64,000 bases of DNA, from the NCBI RefSeq assembly GCF_001194135.2, contig NC_068997.1, forward strand, positions 43,573,042-43,637,041, given 5' to 3'. Both the position numbers and the translations under genes were made by a program. The stretch comes from Octopus bimaculoides. Taxonomy: Eukaryota. The notes beneath the pieces are model-generated. The model saw nothing but the letters and a program-made list of their open reading frames with translations, was not told the origin of the DNA and did not search any database. Numbering within the stretch: position 1 is the stretch's first letter; every line of letters starts with the position of its first letter. Positions 1 through 11,990 of this stretch are shown here, one piece after another.

Positions 1-330
1 GTATGTATATATATATATGTATGTATGTATATATATATATGTATGTATGTATGTATATATATATATATGTATGTATGTATGTATATATGTATATGTATGT
101 ATGTATGTATGTATATATATGTATGTATGTATGTATATGTATGTATGTATGTATATATATATATATATATGTATATGTATGTATATATATATATGTATGT
201 ATGTATGTATGTATATGTATGTATGTATGTATATGTATGTATGTATGTATATGTATGTATATATATGTATGTATGTATATGTATGTATATATATATATGT
301 ATGTATGTATATATATATATATGTATATAT
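1..330. repeat. Compound (GTAT)n/(GTATAT)n/(AT)n microsatellite
   Basis: Directly visible; explains the three MYVC-type ORFs at 3-363. Confidence 0.98.
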
Positions 331-795
331 AAAACCATAAAAGACAGGAGATATGAAAGGTGAATATAAATGAATATATATCTAATTAACCATGAGACAC
401 CCTTAGGGTTAGAACCATTTCACAACCTTCTTCATGTAGTATTAATTTTAGTGTGAGTGAAATTATGCTTACATGTTTACATTAATATGCATGCTCAGTA
501 TTATACAATTAATCATTGGTGTAACCATGATGTTCTTGTGATCTGAAGAGGTAGCTTTTTTTATTTGCATTAATTTGTGAATATACAAATGTGAATACGC
601 ACACATGTAACCTATGCATTAAGTAGATATGTAAACCATACCAGTTTATTTGTTTCTCCATAGATTGAAAAAAATGATAAACAATTTTCAAACATTATCG
701 GATTCTTATTAGAGGTGGTTTTATCTAGTTGGCCAATTCCAGAGAAACAAGCAGACAATCTGTTTATATACTCAAGAAATTTAGTAGCTATTAAA

Positions 796-935
796 AGTCT
801 TCTTTCAGTATCTGCCCACCAAATTCACTCACAAGGCTTTGGCCAGGTCAAGAATGTAGTAGAAGACACTTGTTCGATCAAGGTGCCACACAATGGGACA
901 GAACCCAAAACAATGTGGCTGAGAAGCAAACTTTG
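796..935 (-). mobile_element. SINE family A head/CORE half, degraded
   Basis: CACTCACAAGGCTTTGG...TAGTAGAAGACACTTG...AAGGTGCCACAC is the reverse complement of the head of the young copy at 35769. Confidence 0.85.
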
Positions 936-944
936 TCTTTAATC

Positions 945-1235
945 CTTTCAGGGTTGATAAAATAAAGTACCAGTTTGAGGTTGATGTAATCAACTTCCAT
1001 CTCACCTCAATATTGCTGGATTTCTGCCAAAATCAGAAGGGATTATTATAATTATTGTTAAGGCAGCAAGCTGACAGAATCATTAGCATGTTTCTTCTGG
1101 TTCTGTATGTTCTGAGTTCAAATCACTTTGCTTTTTACCCTTTTGGGGTTGATAAAATAAAGTACCAGTTAAGCACTCAGTTCAATGACTTGTCCCTCCC
1201 CTTGAAATTACTGGCCTTGTGCCAAAATTTGATAT
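945..1235 (+). mobile_element. Two partial Meta-like-domain SINEs
   Basis: CCTTTCAGGGTTGATAAAATAAAGTACCAG occurs twice; matches the better copy at 44625-44830. Confidence 0.7.
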
Positions 1236-1630
1236 CATTATTACTAATGTTGGTGGTAGTGTTGATATTTTTTCCCTTTGAAACTGAAAAACAACCGACA
1301 ACAACATCAGCATATAATACATTCCCAACGGACCAATTGTTTTGGTTATGAGAACCATTTTCTGTGTCCTTGTCTGACATGGCAGTTTTGATGAACGACT
1401 TCTTCAACTGTCATCAGATGGTATATGTCGTACTAATTACATACAACTGTAGTAATTCTCACTCCCTACCTTATGAAAGATAGAATCCATTAAAACTTTT
1501 AAACACCTGCACATCGGGTGTTTTTGAAGTCTTTTTGTTGTTTGTTTTCTTACTTTTTGTCTCTTGTTAACTCTATGTTTTACGGAAAATGGTATATGAT
1601 GGTTGTTACTATGTTGAGTCTACTACTCTG

Positions 1631-1692
<62 letters not shown>

Positions 1693-1696
<4 letters not shown>

Positions 1697-2072
1697 ATGG
1701 CTATATGGTAAGAATTTTGCTTCTCAACCACATAGTTCTAGGTTCAGTCCTACTGCATGGCACATTGGGGCAGTGCCTTCTATTATAGTCCCAGGTTGAC
1801 CAAAGCCTTGTGAGTGGATTTGGTACATGGAAACTGAAAGAAGCCTGTTGTATGTGTGTGTGTGTGTGTGTGTGTATGTGTGTGCTTATCCTCTACCACC
1901 ACTTGGCAACCAGTGTTGGTGTGTTTACATCCCTGTAACTTAGCAGTTTGGCAAAAGAAACCAATAGATCAGGCTTTAAAAAAAGTAAATACTGGGATCA
2001 ATTCAGTTGGTTAAGATTCCTCAAGGTAGCAAGCCAGCATGGAAGAAGTCTAATGACAAGTAAAAGATAAAA
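1693..2072 (+). mobile_element. SINE family A (tRNA-like head + CORE-like + microsatellite + Meta-like tail)
   Basis: A/B-box-like TGGCTATATGGT...AGGTTCAGTCC, then TGAGTGGATTTGGTA..GGAAACTGAAAGAAGCC, (TG)n and tail ending ACAAGTAAAAGATAAAAG. Confidence 0.85.
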
Positions 2073-2189
2073 GAAAGTAGGAATGAACAAATGAACAGAC
2101 AAGCATACATACATATGATTTTAAAATTTTCTTAGCACCTTTTGAGTGTTGGGCCTCACAGAGGCAATTACAAATGAGCGAGGCCCCAT

Positions 2190-2403
2190 CAAGCCAAGTG
2201 AAATCGCAATGATGGCAGATACTTGTGTCATTCAAAAAGCACCCATTACACTCTTGGAGTGATTGGTGTTAGGAAGGGCATCCAGCCATAGAAACCATGC
2301 CAAATCAGACTACTGTCTGGTACAGCCTTCCAGTTTGCCAGCCCTGGTCAAACCGTCCAACCCATGCCAGCATGGACAACAGACGTTAAATGACGATGAT
2401 GAT
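2190..2403 (+). mobile_element. V-domain SINE 3' part with (GAT)n tail
   Basis: TTGGTGTTAGGAAGGGCATCCAGCCATAGAAAC...CCAACCCATGCCAGCATGGA...GACGTTAAATGACGATGAT. Confidence 0.75.
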
Positions 2404-2572
2404 AATTACAAATTTTTAACTTCAGAAAAACGTTCTTCAAACATAGTGACTGCATCAAGAATCGAATAAATACATAGAATAAATATAGATTAGATAGATA
2501 GCTAGATAGATACATAGATGTAAATGTATATATATGCTACAGACCCTCCCATGACCGAAGGGGGTCTTTACC

Positions 2573-2618
<46 letters not shown>

Positions 2619-2625
2619 TATATAT

Positions 2626-2960
2626 AATACAAAGAATATATATACATGTATACACACATATATGTACATACTTACATATACATGTGTATATATATGCATA
2701 TCGGGGTACAGGACGTTAGAACAATGAACTACAGACAACGGAACAAACACATAGGAAAACGGAAAGCCACTTGGAATATTCCTTCATCAGCTGTCTCTAT
2801 TCTAACTAGACGTTTCGAAGATAAGACAGAACGTACTCTAGAATAGTCTCTTCCTGAGTAGTGGATCAACCCACTACACAGAGGATTCCAAGGTGGCAAA
2901 CACAAACCAAGACAGGAAAAATTGGACAGTGAAAACAACATTAACCCTAACCCTAACCCT
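2626..2960 (-). mobile_element. Penelope-like element terminal remnant flanked by (TA)n
   Basis: Minus strand carries CGAAACGTC...ACAGCTGATGAAGG; shares GCATATCGGGGTACAGGAC with 43290-43550 (opposite orientation) and a related segment at ~33790-33890. Confidence 0.55.
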
Positions 2961-3566
2961 ATATATATATATATTTATAGGGAAAAAGTAAAAAGAAACA
3001 AAATGCATATTAGGTATAAAGGTAATGGAGTCTTTTATAAAAACAATGATATATACATACAAATAAATGATTTGAGGTGAAATTAAGAAGTATAAAAATC
3101 ATTATTATGAGTCAATATAGAAAGTCATACCAGTTTTGTCATTGCTGTTCACTGACTTTCAATCAACACTGGTTGATTCAAATCACTTATTTGTATGTAT
3201 ATATCTTTGTTTTCTAAAAAAGCCATTACTTTTATACCTAGTGTTCATTTTTTTTGTTGCTTTTTACTTTAAAACTTGTTTCTATTATATATGTGTGTGT
3301 AGATAGATAGATAAATAGATAAATAGACAGATAGCTGTGTGTATATAACCATTACTTACATTCCATAATCATTTGAGCAATAAATTAGAATGAACATTTT
3401 GGCCAATTCATTCTTAATATACTAACTCCTTAGGATATTTTTAAAAATTGTCAATACAAGCAGTTTTATTGTTTGAGGTCTTATCAGTTGCACTACTTCT
3501 TTTGCTGTGTTGTCTGTTACACCTCCATATTCTTTTCACTGCAATCTGTAGCATGTATTTGTTGTA

Positions 3567-4813
3567 TACAAGGGTCAGCTGAAAATTTCATAGATTGACC
3601 AAGATAATCTCCTGGAATGTGATCAAATGAGGTTTATTTTTTAACATAGTCCTTCTTGTGGTCCACTCACCTCTTCCATCGGTGTTGCAGTGCTTGGATC
3701 CAACTGGTGAAGAAGCTGTCATCCTGTTGGTGAAGAAATGATGATATGATGTCATTATTACTGTGATACTGGTTTTTTCAGATGATATTCAGGGGGCCAA
3801 ATCAAGAGAATAGGGAGGGTGACCAACCAGTTCAAAGCCACTCATGCAAGGCAACCATTGAAACCAAGGTCTTGTGTGCTGGAGCATTGTCCTGGTGAAA
3901 CGAGACACCTTTCATCAGTTTTCCTGGGCATTTGGTCCTGATATCCCTTCGTAACTACCTCAGTTTACTTAGTACTTTCCATTGATGATGTGGCCCTTTT
4001 GAAGATAGTCAATAAACACAATGTCTTTTGCATCCCAAAAACCTGAGGCCATCACCTTACCTACAGATGAAACTACCTCGGCCTTCTTTGAAGCAGGTGA
4101 GTTTCCACTTCTTTGAAGAGGGGTGTTTCCACTACATAGGTTGTCTCTTTGTCTCTGGTTCAAAGTAATGAAGCCAACACTCATTTTTCATTAGGAAACA
4201 TTCAAGGAAATCAGCTGGGTCTACCTCAAACAATATCAGATTATCCTGTGATGTGATCAGCCTGGTGCACTTTTGAACAGGTGTCAGAGGACATGGCACC
4301 CACTGAGCAGAAGCCTTCATCATGCCAAGTTTGTAGCACAGAATATTCTCAACTCCCTCACGGAGTAAGCTAGTAGCATTGGCTATTTGATTTAAAGTCA
4401 ATCACCTGTCCTCTATCACCATGTTGTAATCATGATCAATGTTTTCCTCAGTGGTGGCAGTGCAGGACTTTGTGTCATCTTCAAGACTCTCCCTTTCCCT
4501 CCTAAATTCAACTGCCTAATTTTGCACTATTGATAAAAAAACTGGAGTGCCATCCCTATATTGTGGTAACCACGGAATAGACCCTATTTCTGCAGAGACT
4601 TGATAACACCATGGTGTCAAATTTTGTCGATTTTCAAGAGAAGTCATTACTAGTTAGTTTCGAAGTCTTCTTTGAACAATCAGATGTCAGTTTACTTTGA
4701 AAGAAATAATGCAGTTATTAATAAGCAGTGTTGAAATTAATACCTGCAAGATTTCACAGCTCTAGCATTACTTCTTCATAGTCAACCTATGAACTTTTCA
4801 GTCCACTCACGTA
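3567..4813 (-). mobile_element. Full-length degenerate mariner (DD34D-type) transposon; transposase pseudogene
   Basis: Imperfect TIRs TACAAGGGTCAGCTGAAAATTTCATAG / revcomp TACGTGAGTGGACTGAAAAGTTCATAG with terminal TA; ORF pieces QWVPCPLT, CWLHYFEPETKRQ, GKVMASGFWDAKDIVFIDYLQKG; frameshifted. Confidence 0.92.
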
Positions 4814-4994
4814 AAAGTAAACATGTGAATGTATGTAATTCTAATAAATACTTCAGGATATTGAATTTGGTTTTAGTTTCCATGTTAATATATTGAGAAT
4901 ATAAGCATATATACAATCCAACTGTATGGTACTCTTAACTCTGGTCCAACCAAAACCTTGGAAGTGAATTTATTTCATAGAAACTGAAAGACAT

Positions 4995-5033
<39 letters not shown>

Positions 5034-5631
5034 NNNNNNNNNNNNNNNNNNNNNNNNNNNNNNNNNNNNNNNNNNNNNNNNNNNNNNNNNNNNNNNNNNN
5101 NNNNNNNNNNNNNNNNNNNNNNNNNNNNNNNNNNNNNNNNNNNNNNNNNNNNNNNNNNNNNNNNNNNNNNNNNNNNNNNNNNNNNNNNNNNNNNNNNNNN
5201 NNNNNNNNNNNNNNNNNNNNNNNNNNNNNNNNNNNNNNNNNNNNNNNNNNNNNNNNNNNNNNNNNNNNNNNNNNNNNNNNNNNNNNNNNNNNNNNNNNNN
5301 NNNNNNNNNNNNNNNNNNNNNNNNNNNNNNNNNNNNNNNNNNNNNNNNNNNNNNNNNNNNNNNNNNNNNNNNNNNNNNNNNNNNNNNNNNNNNNNNNNNN
5401 NNNNNNNNNNNNNNNNNNNNNNNNNNNNNNNNNNNNNNNNNNNNNNNNNNNNNNNNNNNNNNNNNNNNNNNNNNNNNNNNNNNNNNNNNNNNNNNNNNNN
5501 NNNNNNNNNNNNNNNNNNNNNNNNNNNNNNNNNNNNNNNNNNNNNNNNNNNNNNNNNNNNNNNNNNNNNNNNNNNNNNNNNNNNNNNNNNNNNNNNNNNN
5601 NNNNNNNNNNNNNNNNNNNNNNNNNNNNNNN
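5034..5631. other. Assembly gap (N-run); others at 7741-8020, 13731-13833, 18121-18255, 25471-25583, 36768-37443, 50260-50269, 57521-57530, 58580-58589
   Basis: Ns, mostly adjacent to microsatellites or repeats. Confidence 0.99.
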
Positions 5632-5632
5632 N

Positions 5633-5666
<34 letters not shown>

Positions 5667-5804
5667 TTTGATAAATAGTTAATAATATTTTAATATTTAT
5701 TTGTATGCAGTGTTGTTATAATTTGGTTAAATTGGTTATAGGTATGCATTTCTTTAGAATATTAGGTAATAATAGTTGAACATATATATATATATATAAA
5801 TGGA

Positions 5805-6105
5805 TATGGTAGTTGGAAACTGAAAGAAGTCTGTTGTACACATGCCTGTGTGTGTTTCTACCTCCCTGTTGGGGATTGCTTAATAGCTGCAAACAAGTAT
5901 CATCCCATTGTTATACAAGCACGATCATTTGTTTCCAGTCTTCTGTATAAGCATGTTTGGTCATGGAGGAATATTACCTCCCTTGGAAACAGGTGAGGAT
6001 TGGTGACAGGAAGAGCATCTGGCCACAGAAAATCTGCCTCAACAAATTCTGTTGATCCATGCAAGTATGGGAAAGTGAATGCTAAAATAATGATGATGAT
6101 GATGA
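5805..6105 (+). mobile_element. SINE A-type CORE half joined to a V-domain tail, degraded
   Basis: GGAAACTGAAAGAAGTCTG followed by GGAAACAGGTGAGGATTGGTGACAGGAAGAGCATCTGGCC...ATGATGATG. Confidence 0.7.
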
Positions 6106-7516
6106 TATACACACATTTGTGTGTTTATATTCAAGTATTTATATATATTTATTTCTAAATTTCAATTTTTAGTCTTGTCATTATTCCTTTATTTATTTAT
6201 TTATTTTTTTCTTTGAAATATTAGAAAGACAAAATGCAATAAATAAACAGAATCTATTTACAGAAAATTGCATTATTTCTTTTAGGCGTAAATGTTGTGT
6301 AAAATGGTAAAATGGCATCTAAAAACCCCCTCATATAATAGGATACAAAGATAAACAGAAGGAAGGGAAGAGATTCCAGTTGATTTACTTGCAGGAAAGG
6401 GGTCGGAATCATCACGTCTGTTGCAGTGGTAGAGGTTTAGAGTTGGTGTAATTCTTTCAGTATTGTGTGTGTGTGTGTGAGAGAGAGAGAAAGAGAGAAG
6501 AAAGAAATGTGAAGTTGGTGAAGAAGGTGAAAGAAGACAGGAAAGGAAGAGGGAGAAGAACAAGAATTGGTAGGGGAGGAGAGGTGTAAAGGAAGAAAGA
6601 GTAAGCAGAGTGATTGAAGGTGTTGTCATAATACTAGAGTACAGTAATGATAAAAATTAACTTTAATGCTTCAAGGAATTTTGTTGTTTGGGCAAGAAAG
6701 CTAAGAACATCTGTTGGAGGTAGATCAGGGGTTTCTTAGTTAGGGAAGAAGGGGAATGGGGTCAGTTGTTAGTGTCAGGCTCATGGTGGTGGCAGTAGTG
6801 GCAGTGGTGGTGATAGCATGAGCAGGGAACCATAAGTAACTCTTGCAAAAGATTAGCAACAAACCCAACTTCTTTTTAAACAAACCATCAAAATGATAAT
6901 TAAAAAAAAGTAAAATAACGATAATAATTTTTTTTGATATTGCACAAGGCCAGACATTTTAGGGTGGAGAATAGCCAAAAGCCATATATGGTTCTTTGAC
7001 TAGCTAGAAATGGTAACCAAATTTCACTCAAATTGCATGCCACTGTCTCAAAAATAAAAATAAAATAAAAGGTCACAATCAGTAAAGTAGTCTTAGGTAC
7101 ACAATGCCAGCTTGTAAGATCAATGCGAAGGTCAAGCTAGAATGCCTTTCATTGCAGTTCTGTTCAATCAGGAGTGACCTGGGCTAAAGGAAAATAACGG
7201 GTGTTTAATCAAACCTATAAGAGTCTCCAGATGGTCACTTGACATGCTAGAAATACCAACCACAACTGATTTAGTGAATCAAAGATGGCTTAAGGCTAAA
7301 CAACTATTACTCATTTTAATGACCTCAGAAGAATGAAAGATATGATTTTACCTTGGCAAGATTTGAACTTAGTACATAAAGAGACTAAGGCATTTAATAC
7401 ATTACACAATTTGTTCTGTATTCTATCTCATACTGAAAATAACATTAACAACAATCCTTCTTTTATTTGCCACAAGGACCTGTACATACAATACAGAAAC
7501 TATCATACAAATGGAG

Positions 7517-7556
<40 letters not shown>

Positions 7557-7635
7557 CAGAGGTAACAGTAAAATATCAATAAAAAATATACATATACTCA
7601 TATTTTGAGTTCTATTTTTCCTGTTTGCATCAACA

Positions 7636-7740
7636 TACCAGGGCAGCACTACCTCCTCCAGGCACTTGGTGTAGGCCTCCATGTTGAGTCTGAGGCCGTA
7701 TGGGAAGATGAATGGAGGTATAACGTTGCCAACACTAGTG
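7636..7740 (-). mobile_element. Tc1/mariner-superfamily transposase fragment, DD37D (maT)-like, cut by a gap
   Basis: Translation GNVIPPFIFPYGLRLNMEAYTKCLEEVVLPW fits the maT motif PPxxFPxGLRxNxxxYxxxLExVVxPW. Confidence 0.7.
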
Positions 7741-8039
7741 NNNNNNNNNNNNNNNNNNNNNNNNNNNNNNNNNNNNNNNNNNNNNNNNNNNNNNNNNNNN
7801 NNNNNNNNNNNNNNNNNNNNNNNNNNNNNNNNNNNNNNNNNNNNNNNNNNNNNNNNNNNNNNNNNNNNNNNNNNNNNNNNNNNNNNNNNNNNNNNNNNNN
7901 NNNNNNNNNNNNNNNNNNNNNNNNNNNNNNNNNNNNNNNNNNNNNNNNNNNNNNNNNNNNNNNNNNNNNNNNNNNNNNNNNNNNNNNNNNNNNNNNNNNN
8001 NNNNNNNNNNNNNNNNNNNNATATATATATATATATAAG

Positions 8040-8368
8040 TAAAGACACCTTCAATTACAAATGACCATAGAATTGCACCTAGTAAGTTCCCCTCCGAGGC
8101 ACAAATCTAGGTAAAGGTGTTTGTGGAAGACCAGTAGTCACCCATGCATACCAGTCTCCTTTCTCCATGCCACCAATGTTGTCCAAGGGAAAGATAAAGG
8201 CTGATACAATTTGGCAACAGTGATGTTGCAACCCATTTCTACAGCTACGTGAACCGGAGCAACATGAAAAAAAGTGTCTTGCTCAAGAACACAACATGCA
8301 GCCCAATCCTGGGACTGAACCTCATGATTGTAAGCCTGATTCTCTAACCACTGAGCCACGAGCCTTCA
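8040..8368 (-). mobile_element. CORE-SINE family B
   Basis: Revcomp: GTGGCTCAGTGGTTAG (A box)...GTGTTCTTGAGCAAGACAC...AGCTGTAGAAATGG (CORE); matches 51058 and 62490. Confidence 0.85.
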
Positions 8369-8377
8369 TATATGTCC

Positions 8378-8810
8378 ACAGGTGTGGGTGTGTGGTCGAG
8401 AAACTTTCTTCTCAACCATGTAGTTGTGGATTTAGTTTCACTGTGTGGCACCTTTTGCAAACGTCTTCCACTATAGCCCTATAGCCCTGAGTAAGCCAAA
8501 GCTTTCTGAGTGGATAAGTGGACGGACATTGAAAGAAGCCTGTTATGTGTGTGTGTATGTGTCTGAGCACATCTGTATTTGTGTGTATCCTTGTCTTGAT
8601 ATCATACAATGTTATAAACAAGCTTCACTGTCATACAAGCAATGTTATTTGTTTTCAGTCTTCTGTGGTAAACATATTTGGCCTTGGGAAGTATTAAACT
8701 TACTTGGGTGAGGAATGGAGACAGGAAGAGCATGAGGACATAGAAAATCTGCCCCAACAAATTCTGACTCATACAAGCAGGGAAAAGCATATATTAAATA
8801 ATGATGGTGA
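8378..8810 (+). mobile_element. SINE A head/CORE with V-domain tail
   Basis: Degraded A head, (TG)n, then GGGTGAGGAATGGAGACAGGAAGAGCAT...GAAAATCTGCCCCAACAAATTCTG. Confidence 0.7.
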
Positions 8811-8860
8811 TATATATATTCCCTCCCACACCTGATATTAATTATAAATTTTTATATACA

Positions 8861-9566
8861 TATAAGGGGTACCCAAAAGAAACTGGAATTTTGCAATATT
8901 AGTTTTGCATGTTTACACTTTTATTACCTTCAAAGTATTTTCCATTTCAAGCAATGTATCAGTCCAGACGCATTTTCCACTGTTTAAAGCAGTCCTGGAT
9001 CAGCTTTCATCACCAGTGATGACCTTTGAAAAAAGGTCTGGATCAACTTCCAGTTGTTCTTTCAGTTTACAACCTGCATTCAGTTGTGACTGTTTTTGAT
9101 CTGTGAGCAAGTGAGGAGGCACAAATTTTGCTGCAACTCTTTTCATTTGCTCAAAATTCATTGGCATGAGCTCCAGGACACATCAGTCATATCAACAAGT
9201 TTGTCACTTGTCTGGTGATGGTCCTCCAACATCAGTTCAACAAACATCCGTTCAGGAGGTTGACGGTTGCCCTGAATGAGGTTGGTTGTCAAGTGACAAG
9301 TGATCATTCCTAAAGCATGAAAGCCACTCATAAACTTATAAGCTGTTTGAAGCATGACAACTGTTTTGGCCGCTGTTTTCCCCAGCAGAAAACAGAATTT
9401 CATGGAAGCATGCTGTTCCTTCATTTCAATGATAACAAAAGTTGATGAACAGGGGAGAAGCACTGCAAAACAAAGATGCATCAAGTGGCTTCTAGCAGTG
9501 GAAGCCTGAACTATGATGGGCTTGTCTCAGAGAATGTTTCAGGTTACTTTTGAATAACCTCTCATA
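8861..9566 (-). mobile_element. Internally deleted mariner element
   Basis: Ends TATAAGGGGTACCCAAAAGAAAC / revcomp TATGAGAGGTTATTCAAAAGTAAC; translation KEQHASMKFCFLLGKTAAKTVVMLQTAY and RVAAKFVP (WVP-equivalent). Confidence 0.85.
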
Positions 9567-10109
9567 TAGTAAATGGTGAAGAACATAATACAATATATTC
9601 AAACATTATAAATTTAGTACAGAAACCAATTAGGGGCCACCCACCCAAAAATGGGTCATAAGCCACTATCCAGGTAGAGTCAGAATACTTCATGACTTCA
9701 ACCAGTCTTTTTCTTGTTATCTCTTTGCTTCTCAGCAGATTCATTAGTTTCTCATCTTGTAATAACCACAAATTCAGGTTTTCTCAAGGGCAAGGTTTCT
9801 TTTCATAAAGGACTTTCGGCATCCTACTTGCCTTCAGTCTAGAGTTATTCTTATTTTTGCTCCTTCAGATAGTTTTCCAGATACATATTTTTGCTGTTTC
9901 AGAGAGTTTTCCTATCACCACAAAACTATGGGGTGGAAATGCTATGCGGGATCTCTGACAATGGGAAAGACTCCTTATCTTAAAACCCCTAAAAAAAAAT
10001 GATTTTATTAGCTTCCACTTTATCCATTGAGCTTCAAATGGTGGCATTGTGACAACTCTGGCAACAATAACCATAGTTCTCTGCTACTGTCTATCACCTC
10101 CTTCCTCCT

Positions 10110-10480
10110 TTTTGCTGTTATCTAATTGGGCAGAGATTCTAATGTGGCTCATCCTCCCACATGTGTAGCGAGTGAACTTTCTACCCTGCACTTTTAGTTT
10201 GATTGAATACCTCTCAACTCCTAAATATAGGGTATAATTCTTGGATAACCAACCTTTTGGTCTTCAAGGGAGTGGGGTGTCATCAGACTTTGGATGTTCA
10301 GGCACACCCCAGCCCAACTAAATATTGCTGCCAGTCACATCCACACTGATGACCTATCTGTACTTTTGCATAAAGGTGACTCTGAACTAAGAATTCTCAT
10401 TGGCACTGATTTTTCTGACCATGACTTTTGTGTTTATTCTACCCAGGTACTGTAGTACCATCCTGTTGGAAGGCCTGTAG
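10110..10480 (-). pseudogene. Decayed LINE ORF1 (L1/Tx1-like) with degenerate CCHC zinc knuckle
   Basis: Minus frame YTLYLGVERYSIKLKVQGRKFTRYTCGRMSHIRISAQ (CxxCGxxGH-like) and upstream NTKVMVRKIS...KYR*VISV (YGxVxxV-like); in-frame stops; may extend ~9600-10980. Confidence 0.5.
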
Positions 10481-11199
10481 CACACAAGTTCTGTTTGCCT
10501 TCTTCATCTTAAATAATAAGCATATGTTCCATATGCTCTGACCTTGCTGAGAGAGAAAACATCCTGTCAAACATTAGCTGGGCCTTCCTTAAACTCTTTC
10601 AAAAGCATGTAGAAACCTTTGCATTTTGAAAAACAATGACGTGTCATTTCCTCCTGGCCATTTCTTGAATAAATTCCTCAGGTAGAAAGGCAGTCTTTTA
10701 TGACATAGCTCTTTCACACTTCTTCTTATGCTTGAGTTGATCCCTATTTAGTATTTCTTTTTGGATTACAACACTTGTGAAAGATGATTTACTGTTGATG
10801 CTGTTAGCAATGATGATACTTTGTGTTTTTGAAATTTTAGCTGTTTGTACTACAGCTGTTTGCTTAGTTGTCATTTTTTTCTGTTTTTGAAACAGCCTAT
10901 GTGTTTTCAAAAATTTAGGAGAGGTGGGTGCATACCAGTGCTGCTGACAGATGTATGCATATTGAACCACTAATAAGTAAAGCAAAATAAAAGTTTACAT
11001 ATATACATGTATACAATAAAATTCTAAATAGCGAAGCTTTTTACCTCTCCAGAAAATGTGATGAACATTTAGATATTCCGTATTACTGGCAGAAATCAAA
11101 AACACGTTTTATACCTCAGTTAAACCTGGAATAAATAGCTCCACGAAAGGCGTGAATCCACACTTTTCTAACAGAATAATGTAATGATAATTGTTTCTG

Positions 11200-11409
11200 C
11201 TATAGTCACAAGGCCCAAAATTTGGGGGAAGTTGGGCTAGTCAATTATTACATCAACATAAGTGCTCTACTAGTATTTATTTTACTGCCTCCAAGAAGAT
11301 GAAAGACAAAGTTGATGTCAGTGGAATTTGAACTCAAAATATAAAGATGGAAGCATTTTGTCTGGCACAGTAACAATCCTGCCAGCTCATTTCCTTCTAT
11401 GATAATAAC

Positions 11410-11447
<38 letters not shown>
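11200..11447 (-). mobile_element. Meta-like SINE remnant followed by (AAT)n
   Basis: GTATTTATTTTACTG...GAAAGACAAAGTTGA...GGAATTTGAACTCA; (AAT)n at 11403-11447. Confidence 0.7.
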
Positions 11448-11448
<1 letters not shown>

Positions 11449-11449
<1 letters not shown>

Positions 11450-11990
11450 TCCCTGATGCAGTATGAGGCAGTGGCTCTCGTGGCTTCTCATCTTAACTGA
11501 TTGGAAGTGTTATCATGTTTTGTCTTGGTGTAAAAGATAGGCTACAGCAAATATTCTGCTCAGTACCACAGATTTGCTAGTCAGTTGCTTGACCTTAACC
11601 AGTTGAGCATATCCCTTGGTGGCTGATAATATGTGAATCTCTGATCATGAGCAGTTGTGGGGGAGCATCATAACCATGTGTAGTGAGGAATTCTTTGGGG
11701 TCTGAATAATTCACTTCTGGAAACAGGAGTTTCATTTATCAGCCTTAAACAAACCTTATTCAGGGACCTTTTGAGTGGGATGGGCTACCCAACCTGAGGA
11801 AAATTTGAACTGGGCCTCACTTGCAAGATCATGCACTGTTTATCTTGATATGAGGTCACCAAGTTGTACACATATGGTTGTAATGCATGTGCCTGGTGTA
11901 CCCTTATCCGATGGATAATCATGATGGGTATACTGGGCTTTGTATATTTGTACCTTAGTGTCACTTTGATGGTATGCATTGCTCTCTCAC
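11449..11990. repeat. Unclassified GC-richer segment bounded by (AAT)n on both sides; probable interspersed repeat
   Basis: Composition shift and AAT tracts on both flanks; no coherent ORF; single copy in window. Confidence 0.4.

Noticed and set aside
3-363. Three overlapping ~110-aa ORFs (MYVC...)
   Set aside because: Translations of a stop-free (GTAT)n microsatellite; the same applies to most YI/CV/HT-rich ORFs in the track
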